NCBI GenBank assembly: GCA_004284765.1
Contig: NQJD01000019.1
Coordinates: 1-32,000 of the forward strand
Reading direction: 5' to 3'
Source: Candidatus Electronema aureum
GTDB taxonomy: Bacteria; Desulfobacterota; Desulfobulbia; Desulfobulbales; Desulfobulbaceae
Length of the DNA stretch: 32,000 bases
Position numbers and translations under genes: made by a program
Shown here: piece after piece, positions 1 to 6,462 of the stretch
Numbering within the stretch: position 1 is the stretch's first letter
Layout: the number at the start of each line of letters is the position of its first letter
Notes under the pieces: generated by a model
Database searches by the model: none
Told to the model about the DNA's origin: nothing
What the model saw: only the letters and a program-made list of their open reading frames with translations

Positions 1-91
1 TCAACAATGCTGAAAGACCGGTCGCCGTCGTTTGACCGAAGGAACTAATGAGATACTCGCTGTATAAATCAAGCAGGTTCTTTTTTGTCAT
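1..91 (-). CDS. 5' end of a DDE (IS4-like) transposase gene, cut by the window edge
   Basis: Absent from the ORF track because it is too short. The reverse-strand ATG at 91..89 opens a frame that runs off the window: MTKKNLLDLYSEYLISSFGQTTATGLSALL... I recall the Y-x-x-YLISSF-x-x-TTATGLS N-terminus from IS4-type DDE transposases. Only 30 codons are visible, no catalytic residues are seen, and there is no clear SD. Confidence 0.4.
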   Translation of the reverse strand, partial: MTKKNLLDLYSEYLISSFGQTTATGLSALL

Positions 92-123
92 GCAGGTATC
101 TTACGCCATCTGGGTGCGTAAGG

Positions 124-132
124 TGAGATAAT
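124..132 (+). promoter_or_regulatory. possible extended -10 promoter for the SOR-like gene
   Basis: TGaGATAAT at 124..132 matches the TGnTATAAT extended -10 at 8 of 9 positions. There is no good -35. It would give a 5' UTR of about 55 nt before the ATG at 193. Confidence 0.3.
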
Positions 133-192
133 AAGTTGTGTTCTAATGCAGCAAGTTCCTCTAAAATTTTTCCGCATACGGAGAAAAAAAAC

Positions 193-609
193 ATGATGAA
201 CATTGATAGACGGGATTTCCTCAAGACAGCCGCTGCCGCAGCTTCTGTTGTCGCTGTGGGTTCAGCAGCTTCAGCTTTTGCCGCTGATGCTGCGCCTTCT
301 TTGGCTGGCATCGTTTATACTAAGGAGCAGCCGGGCCAGTGGAAGGGCAAGGAAGGCAGTCATGCGCCAACCGTGACAGTTGAGGGCAGCAAAGTTTCCG
401 TTATCACTCCGCATCCGATGACTGCCGAGCATTTCATCGTTCGCCATACTCTGGTGCTGGCCGATGGTACGGTGCTTGGGGGCAAGAGCTTTACTCCGAC
501 TGACAAGCCAGAATCCTCCTTTGAGCTACCCAAGGACTACAAGGGTAAAATCTGTGCTACCAGCTTTTGCAACCAGCATGATTTTTGGCTGACTGAAGCG
601 ACCGTCTGA
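193..609 (+). CDS. Tat-exported desulfoferrodoxin/neelaredoxin-family (superoxide reductase-like) protein
   Basis: I chose the ATG at 193 because GGAG lies about 11 nt upstream; the ORF-track start at 136 is an unlikely extension. The N-terminus MMNIDRRDFLKTAAAAASVVAVGSAASAFA is a twin-arginine signal. The mature part carries the SOR centre-II ligand motifs: SHAP (His), HPMTAEHFI (His..His) and CNQHDFW (Cys..His). Confidence 0.8.
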   Translation: MMNIDRRDFLKTAAAAASVVAVGSAASAFAADAAPSLAGIVYTKEQPGQWKGKEGSHAPTVTVEGSKVSVITPHPMTAEHFIVRHTLVLADGTVLGGKSFTPTDKPESSFELPKDYKGKICATSFCNQHDFWLTEATV

Positions 610-641
610 TTTTTAGTCTCGCATCAATTTGTCCTGACCGA

Positions 642-668
642 GCCGCACTACCCAGTGCGGCTTTTTTT
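642..668 (+). terminator. Rho-independent terminator after the SOR-like gene
   Basis: Perfect 8-bp stem GCCGCACT (642..649) / AGTGCGGC (654..661), loop ACCC, followed by TTTTTTT at 662..668. Confidence 0.75.
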
Positions 669-772
669 CTGCCTTCACCTTTCCTTGCTGACTTTTCTGC
701 TATGTTGTGAAACAATGCAAATATAGTTTTACCCTGATTTTATTCAGCAATCACAGTGGTGAAAGTTGGCAA

Positions 773-2611
773 ATGAAACGTATCTTTTTATTCTTATTCA
801 TTTTTCTGGTGGCCACAGATGCTCTTTATTGCATCGTGATTCAGCCACAGCCTGCTCTCCGAGAAGCGGTGCGTTTGCCAACTCTCAACGAATTGGCAAC
901 TGCCGGAAAGCAAATTGCCGAATCCCGCATCGTGCGCCAGATCGTCTCTGGGGATTGGCTGCGTCCGCAACCGCTTGATCCCATAGCCTTGGTGCCGGAA
1001 GAGGCAGTGCTCATGCTCGACACGGCCAACGCCGCAGCAGCTGGCCGCGCTTTTTTATCTTCGCGGTTCGGGCAAACGTTATACTCTGTCCGCTGGTCTG
1101 CTGTACTTGATCAGCTTGAAGTGCCGAAAATATTTCGTCTGCCGGTTGAGCAGCAGCTTGCTAACCTGACTACCCTGCTTGCCAATCCGCTGCTTCAAGA
1201 TATTCTCAAAAGAAGGACAGTAATCGCTCTACTGGCTCCGCCGCCGCCAACCGCTGCCTCACTCCAAGGCATTCTCGAACATAGCCTCCTGCTCACTGCT
1301 TCTACACAGGGAAACAGCACCGCTGCTGTCCTTTCTCTGCTAAAAGCAACCGAGAAACAAGTTGATGTGGTCTATCATCAAGGAGTCGGCATCTTGGTGC
1401 TTGAGCAACAGGGCCGCAAGCTCCATGTCGCGGCTATCGGAGGACAATTAGCTTTTTCCTTTGGCATAAAGCCGGTGCAGCGGAGCATTGACCTCTTTGT
1501 TAGGCATTTTGTCTATAAGCAGACCGGGTTATTGCGAAATCAAGATTATGCAGAACTGAAACAGCAAGCCCAAGGCCAAGATGATTTTTTCCTCTATGCG
1601 GACATCATTCGGCTCAAAGCACTGCTTGCTCCCACTGAAACGAATCTGTCACCTGCTTTAGACAATCCTACCGGTTCTCGCAGCATGGCCTTGTTTCATC
1701 ACCAAGGGGAAAAACGACAACAGTTCAGTGCAGCAGTGCGTTTTTCGCCAGAGCAGCTGCTTCCTTTTCAACGAGAAATCTATACGTCCACACCAGTATT
1801 GAATCGTACATTAGCAAAGATGCCAGCCAGCCTGCTGCTCTATTTCTGGATTGGTTGGTTAGAGCCGAACTTCTGGTATCAGACCTTGGTCAACAGTGGC
1901 AAGCAAGATGTGGTGGACAAAGCAGATGTTTGGTTCAACGAGCAAACCGGAATGACTTTTGCTGAAATTCTCTCCTTGTTCGGACGAGAATTCAGCGTTA
2001 ATATTGCCGAGATCAGCACTGCCGGACTTTTTCCTATACCCCGACTTTGCTTCATCATGGAGGTGCAGGAAAAGAAAAAAGCAGAACGTCTGCTTGCCAA
2101 ATTGATCTCTGGCCTACAGGTTAAGCGAGAAAAAATGTCGGGCGGTGTGACTGTGGTCTCGCTTCAAGCGGCACAAGGATTACTCCAGCCTTCTTACGCC
2201 GTTGTCGATGGCTTTCTCTACATGGCTGATAGCCGTGAGCAGTTACTGGACATCTTAGACGGAAAAAGCGAACGGATGATCGAGAACAGCACGTTTCAAG
2301 CGGTGGACACCGGGATGGGACAGCCTGCCAATCTGATGTTTTTTGTCCGCACGGCCCAGTTAGTTGATGGCCTCAAAGAATTGGTGGCGTGGGTTGGAAC
2401 GATGATCGCTGTTCGAGATGAGCAGGCTGGAGCGAAAAGCAAGATATTGGTCGATCAGGTTATTATGCCGATATTAGATAGTTTCCGAGGATGCGAGACA
2501 GTGGCACTGCGCAGTGTTACTCGCAGCGGCGAACTGATCGTTGAAGCATCGGCTTTTCAGGCTGAGGAAAAGCAAGAGCAAACGGCTGCTCTTCAAACAG
2601 AAGAACAGTAA
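773..2611 (+). CDS. hypothetical exported or membrane-anchored protein (613 aa)
   Basis: Long uninterrupted ORF. I chose the ATG at 773 (MKRIFLFLFIFLVATDALYC...), which gives a hydrophobic signal or anchor at the N-terminus; the track start at 707 adds a non-hydrophobic leader. I recognise no catalytic or family motif. The C-terminal tail is Glu/Gln-rich. Confidence 0.65.
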   Translation: MKRIFLFLFIFLVATDALYCIVIQPQPALREAVRLPTLNELATAGKQIAESRIVRQIVSGDWLRPQPLDPIALVPEEAVLMLDTANAAAAGRAFLSSRFGQTLYSVRWSAVLDQLEVPKIFRLPVEQQLANLTTLLANPLLQDILKRRTVIALLAPPPPTAASLQGILEHSLLLTASTQGNSTAAVLSLLKATEKQVDVVYHQGVGILVLEQQGRKLHVAAIGGQLAFSFGIKPVQRSIDLFVRHFVYKQTGLLRNQDYAELKQQAQGQDDFFLYADIIRLKALLAPTETNLSPALDNPTGSRSMALFHHQGEKRQQFSAAVRFSPEQLLPFQREIYTSTPVLNRTLAKMPASLLLYFWIGWLEPNFWYQTLVNSGKQDVVDKADVWFNEQTGMTFAEILSLFGREFSVNIAEISTAGLFPIPRLCFIMEVQEKKKAERLLAKLISGLQVKREKMSGGVTVVSLQAAQGLLQPSYAVVDGFLYMADSREQLLDILDGKSERMIENSTFQAVDTGMGQPANLMFFVRTAQLVDGLKELVAWVGTMIAVRDEQAGAKSKILVDQVIMPILDSFRGCETVALRSVTRSGELIVEASAFQAEEKQEQTAALQTEEQ

Positions 2612-2819
2612 TCTTGAGCAAAAAATGTTCCTCTGAAGAACAAACGCACAATCTCTATCGTTCCAGTAAGATATCAACAGAAAGCCTGCTCGCCTGACCT
2701 TGTCGCAGTTGCAAGCATCTTGACAAGTTGCGCAATTCATGTGAAGTAGAGCAGAATCAATTCAAACATCAGCTTTTCAGCATATTCACTTCTTCAACAC
2801 CAACTAAGGAGCAACGCAG

Positions 2820-3716
2820 ATGGCACTGACGGTAAAGGCAATCGCCGAGAGCATCAACATCATGGGCAAACGAAGCGGCGCAGCCATGAGAGAGCGCATT
2901 CAAGGGCCGATTCAGGAAATGGCCCGTGAGGAGACTGAAGCCGGAGCATCGTATCTTGACCTCAACATCGGGCCAGCCCGTAAAGACGGCATAGAGCTGA
3001 TGCCGTGGATGGTTGAGACGGTGCAGAATACTCTTGCTACTCCGCTTTGCTTAGATACCACCAATACCGCTGCTATGATTGCAGGCTTTCAGGTGGTGAA
3101 AAACAAGACCGCAGCAATCATGAACTCCATCTCCGCCCAGCCAGAGCGCATGGAGAAGCTGATTCCGGCAGCTGCTGAGGCAGGCTGCAATGTTATCGCT
3201 CTGCTCTGGGGGCCAGAGGGAATGCCTCGTGATTCCAACGAGCGAGCAGCAATGGCGGTTGATTTGATGATGGCACTCAACGGAGCAGGAATCCCTAATG
3301 AGAAGATTCTCTTTGATCCCATTGGCACCCCAATTACCCTTGGTGCGGATCAGATCGCTTCTGGGTTAGAATTTATGATGATGTTGCAGGAAATTGCGCC
3401 AGGCTCAGGCTCTACGGTCGGACTGTCCAACGTCTCCAATGGTGTAGCCGAACATCTGCGCAAGTACCTTGACCGCACCTATTTGATCATGCTGATGAAA
3501 TACGGGATCAGCACTGCCATTGTCAATGCGTATGATAAAGAACTGATGGCTATTTGTCGGGGTGAGCGGCAGGATTTGGTAGATATGGTCCACGGTATGA
3601 TGGATGGTGATGATCCTGATTCCTCAGCCTTGACCGGAACAGCCTTGGAGCATTACAAAACCTACAAGGTATTGTCTGGACAAGCTGTGTTCTCTGAGTC
3701 TTGGCTGACGCTGTAG
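2820..3716 (+). CDS. pterin-binding (DHPS-like) methyltetrahydrofolate:corrinoid methyltransferase, AcsE/MeTr-like
   Basis: Strong SD AAGGAG 8 nt upstream. The sequence is collinear with my recollection of Moorella AcsE: ...YLDLNIGPA..., ...LCLDTTN..., ...MNSISA..., ...DPIGTPI..., ...GLSNVSNG... Confidence 0.8.
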   Translation: MALTVKAIAESINIMGKRSGAAMRERIQGPIQEMAREETEAGASYLDLNIGPARKDGIELMPWMVETVQNTLATPLCLDTTNTAAMIAGFQVVKNKTAAIMNSISAQPERMEKLIPAAAEAGCNVIALLWGPEGMPRDSNERAAMAVDLMMALNGAGIPNEKILFDPIGTPITLGADQIASGLEFMMMLQEIAPGSGSTVGLSNVSNGVAEHLRKYLDRTYLIMLMKYGISTAIVNAYDKELMAICRGERQDLVDMVHGMMDGDDPDSSALTGTALEHYKTYKVLSGQAVFSESWLTL

Positions 3717-3728
3717 CAGATCGAAAAG

Positions 3729-3761
3729 GGAGCAGGCGCAGAGCTTGCTCCTCTTCTTGTT
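3729..3761 (+). terminator. weak hairpin plus T-rich tract (possible attenuator or terminator)
   Basis: GGAGCAGG (3729..3736) pairs with CTTGCTCC (3744..3751), with one G-U pair and a 7-nt loop. It is followed by TCTTCTTGTT. The T-tract is interrupted, so this is weak. Confidence 0.3.
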
Positions 3762-3796
3762 AGAAAAGCAATCAACAGGTTGTTCAAGGGAACTAT

Positions 3797-4894
3797 ATGA
3801 AGGCAAATGCCCTACGGAAACCGCTGATCAATACGGCGGTTGTTCTGGTATTTTTTATCGTGCTGCTCTCGATCAGCATCGCCAACCCGGCAACAACAGC
3901 ACTGGGTTCTTTTGGGTTGATCATTCTTGCTGGCCTCCGCGCTCTCCAGCTCTTTGTTGGTTTATCTATCGCGTTGATTTTCTGTTTAGCCTTCCTCTTC
4001 GCCATCTTTTTCGGTGCAGTTGCTTTAGCAAACCCGGATACCGCTGCCCGTATGTACGGAGAATTTCGTCAGACACTCGCTGCTTGGCTTGGAGAGATCA
4101 TACCTGCTTGCAAAAAAAAAACACAGCAGCACGTCAATCTTGAACCAATGCGCCAAGAATTGAAACAGGAACTTCAAGCTGATCTTGCGGCTATTCAGAC
4201 TCAGCTGCACGCCACCAGAGAACTGCTGGGCGGTAAAATTGAGCAGCTTTCTCACCGAATTGACGTACTGGAAACAATGACCACCCAGATGGCTAACACG
4301 GGCGAAGTGGAAGCTCTGAGCAAGGAAGTGAAGGGTGCGGTGGCCTCGTTGGCTGGAATCGAGGGCGCAGTGAATAGTATGAAAGTCTGTGTCGAGCAAA
4401 CAGCCCAGCAGATTCTTCAGATGTCACCAGAGAAGGTTCTCGGTGACGTGCCAGAGCGACTGCGGACGCTGGAGCAACACCAGCCAAAGGTGATCGACAT
4501 CACCCCGTTAGAAAAAGACATCGCGGTCATGCAGCAGGAGTTAGCTTCTGTGCGAGAGAAGGCCGATAAAGTTCTGCTTGCTGCTGCTCCTGAAACCGTG
4601 CTTGTGCAAGAGCCAGTGCTGGTTGTCGCAGAACCAGAACAGGTGGCGGCACAGCAGGTAGAGGTACAGACAGGTTCAGCAGAGGAAGAGCATCGGATAC
4701 TCAGCTATTTCGATAACCATGCAGACAAGCAGAGATTTATTGAATTAGCCGATGCAGCGTTAGAGAAAGGTTTGAATCACAAGCAGGTGATTGATTATTT
4801 AGTCAGAGGATTAGGGCAGCAGAAAGGGAAGATCATCAGCTCGCACCCATCACTGATTAAAGACTACATCAAAAGCTGTCGGCGGAACGACTAA
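3797..4894 (+). CDS. hypothetical membrane protein: about 3 N-terminal TM helices, a long coiled coil, and a small C-terminal domain
   Basis: SD AAGGGA lies upstream. The N-terminal ~95 aa form three hydrophobic stretches (VVLVFFIVLLSISIA, FGLIILAGL..., LIFCLAFLFAIFFGAVALA). The middle has heptad-like Q/E/L-rich sequence. I recognise no family. Confidence 0.65.
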   Translation: MKANALRKPLINTAVVLVFFIVLLSISIANPATTALGSFGLIILAGLRALQLFVGLSIALIFCLAFLFAIFFGAVALANPDTAARMYGEFRQTLAAWLGEIIPACKKKTQQHVNLEPMRQELKQELQADLAAIQTQLHATRELLGGKIEQLSHRIDVLETMTTQMANTGEVEALSKEVKGAVASLAGIEGAVNSMKVCVEQTAQQILQMSPEKVLGDVPERLRTLEQHQPKVIDITPLEKDIAVMQQELASVREKADKVLLAAAPETVLVQEPVLVVAEPEQVAAQQVEVQTGSAEEEHRILSYFDNHADKQRFIELADAALEKGLNHKQVIDYLVRGLGQQKGKIISSHPSLIKDYIKSCRRND

Positions 4895-4917
4895 TCCCAG
4901 CAGAGATCAGCACGAGA

Positions 4918-4957
4918 AGCGGAAGAGATGACCCTATCTCTTCCGCTTTGTTTTGTT
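4918..4957. terminator. shared terminator between convergent genes
   Basis: Perfect 12-bp stem AGCGGAAGAGAT (4918..4929) / ATCTCTTCCGCT (4936..4947), 6-nt loop, then TTGTTTTGTT on the plus strand. It sits between the stop of 3797..4894 and the stop of the PilZ gene. Confidence 0.7.
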
Positions 4958-5346
4958 CAATCACAGCAAGAGCAAAAACACTGTTCTCGGTGTTCCTCTT
5001 CTGCATGGGCCATGCCTTGGGTTGGTAGAATTTTCTGCACAAACGCCTGCCAGCCTGCTGGAGCCTCAGCAATATTAAAGCCTACATCAACCAAAATACC
5101 ATTATTTCTTCGCCAGCGCGGGGCAACTTTCAGCTTGTAACAAGGTGCATCTGATCCACCAGAAACCACAACGCTGTATTTCTTTCCTGCTTCAGCAAAC
5201 TTGTCAGGCAGATCGTTGAGTCGCAAGCCATCTATCGACACATCTTCCACCATGCCGCCGTAGATAAAGTGTCCGTCCGCAATATCGGCAATATATCCCT
5301 TGAGTTTCGCTCTGTTCTGCTGTCGATTTTCAACTGTCTCCTCCAT
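4957..5346 (-). CDS. single-domain PilZ (c-di-GMP-binding) protein with a Cys/His-rich C-terminal tail
   Basis: SD GGGAGAGGG lies upstream. Both PilZ signature motifs are present: RQQNR (RxxxR) near the N-terminus and DVSIDG (D-x-S-x-x-G). The protein ends ...HAEEEHREQCFCSCCD. Confidence 0.7.
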   Translation of the reverse strand: MEETVENRQQNRAKLKGYIADIADGHFIYGGMVEDVSIDGLRLNDLPDKFAEAGKKYSVVVSGGSDAPCYKLKVAPRWRRNNGILVDVGFNIAEAPAGWQAFVQKILPTQGMAHAEEEHREQCFCSCCD

Positions 5347-5372
5347 CGTACCCTCTCCCTTGGTAGTGATGA

Positions 5373-6062
5373 TTATACGTTGCTCTCAGCAATCAACTCG
5401 TTAAATGAATCAATCGACGGGTAATGCGCTGAATAGCTGACTGGCCTGCGACTGCTGGGTCGAGCAATGTGAATGAGGCAGCCAATGCCATGTTTCTCTG
5501 CTGTTCGTAGCACCTTCTGGGTATCATCGGCCAGCAGCGAGCGGGCTGGATCGAACTGAAGCAGCTCTTGCAGCTGGTGCCAAAACTGCGGTTCTTCCTT
5601 AGCAAAGCCCACCTCATCAGCGCAGATCAAGCGGTCAAAGTATGCACCTATATCTGCTTTATCGAGCTTGATCGCTAAGGTGCGCGGATGAGCATTGGTC
5701 ACAAGATAGAGCTTCTTGCCTAACTTGCGACAGAAGGCAAGAAACTCTGGCACATGCGGATGCACATCAATCAAATGATCAATCCGCATCTTTAATTCGG
5801 GGATATCTAAGTTCAGTTCGCGCGACCAGTGTTCTATATCCGACCACTGGAGCGAGTTCTCTGCTTGCCGATAGCGTTCCATCAGCTCAATAGCAGCCTC
5901 TTCCACGGATATATCATGAACTAAGCTGTAATGCTCCGGTAGGTAAACTTCCCAGAAGTAATCATCAAAGTGCTTATCCAAGAGGGTGCCGTCCATGTCG
6001 AGCATGACTGTATCAATGGCATCCCAAGGAACGTGTGCTGATATTTTGATAGAACTGTGCAT
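5373..6062 (-). CDS. yrfG: HAD-superfamily hydrolase, YrfG-like GMP/IMP nucleotidase
   Basis: The N-terminus MHSSIKISAHVPWDAIDTVMLDMDGTLLDKHFDDYFW parallels E. coli YrfG as I recall it (MHINIAWQDVDTVLLDMDGTLLD...). It has the HAD motif I DxDGT, LVTNAHP, and a late DD motif (LLADDT). Confidence 0.8.
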   Translation of the reverse strand: MHSSIKISAHVPWDAIDTVMLDMDGTLLDKHFDDYFWEVYLPEHYSLVHDISVEEAAIELMERYRQAENSLQWSDIEHWSRELNLDIPELKMRIDHLIDVHPHVPEFLAFCRKLGKKLYLVTNAHPRTLAIKLDKADIGAYFDRLICADEVGFAKEEPQFWHQLQELLQFDPARSLLADDTQKVLRTAEKHGIGCLIHIARPSSRRPVSYSAHYPSIDSFNELIAESNV

Positions 6063-6071
6063 AATAAGGCT

Positions 6072-6100
6072 ATTATATCTATGGTATCTTTTTTTGTACA
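6072..6100 (-). promoter_or_regulatory. sigma70-like promoter placed for a nearly leaderless yrfG transcript
   Basis: On the minus strand: TGTACA (6100..6095), a 17-nt spacer, then a perfect TATAAT (6077..6072). The -10 ends only 9 nt before the ATG at 6062, and no SD lies between them. Confidence 0.4.
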
Positions 6101-6198
6101 GGGCTTATTCAGGCTGTTCTGATTGCACCAAGGGCAATACTACTTGGTACCAGCCTTCGGTATCAGCCTGCTGGTACCGGGCACGTCAGCAGGCTGTG

Positions 6199-6299
6199 AC
6201 GAAAAACATGCGCCTCGGCATACAGAGCATATGCGGAGGCTCATACGAGGTGTATGCGGAGGCGCATACGGAGCGTATGCCGAGGCGCATGTTTTTCGT
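6199..6299. repeat. perfect 25-bp inverted repeat enclosing three tandem 23-nt dyad-symmetric units
   Basis: Left arm ACGAAAAACATGCGCCTCGGCATAC (6199..6223) is the exact reverse complement of 6275..6299. The tandem units start at 6219, 6242 and 6265 (CATACnnnnnnTATGCsGAGGCn). Each contains GTATGC-N6-GCATAC-type dyads. Confidence 0.85.
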
Positions 6300-6384
6300 G
6301 AAGCCCTCCTCGGTCTTGATGAGCCGGGTGCCTCATAGATGCGGTTCGTGAATCGTCCTTACTTGCCCAGCAGCTTGCCGTCTT

Positions 6385-6453
6385 GTCATTTCGACCGCAG
6401 GGAGAAATCTCAGGGCGTGGGTGCAGGAGATTCCTCGCTACGCTCGGAATGAC
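6385..6453. repeat. REPIN/MITE-like hairpin element (27-nt inverted arms, 15-nt spacer)
   Basis: GTCATTTCGACCGCAGGGAGAAATCTC (6385..6411) matches the reverse complement of 6427..6453 (GTCATTCCGAGCGTAGCGAGGAATCTC) at 22 of 27 positions. From memory, the GTCATTCCGAGCG...GAGGAATCTC core belongs to a short repeat family seen in many bacterial genomes that yields spurious ORFs such as ...RFLATLGMT. Confidence 0.6.
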
Positions 6454-6462
6454 AACCCGCCT

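Noticed and set aside
69-311. 80-aa minus-strand ORF overlapping the start of the SOR-like gene.
   Set aside because: It is an Ala-rich mirror image of the Tat signal peptide codons. It conflicts with both the SOR-like gene and the better-supported transposase start at 91.
3745-4487. ORFs 3745..4143 (+), 3793..4005 (-), 4025..4399 (-) and 4293..4487 (-) overlapping the membrane coiled-coil gene.
   Set aside because: They are alternative-frame or antisense ORFs with Cys/Arg/Ser-rich, non-protein-like composition. The 3797..4894 frame has an SD, coherent TM helices and heptad periodicity.
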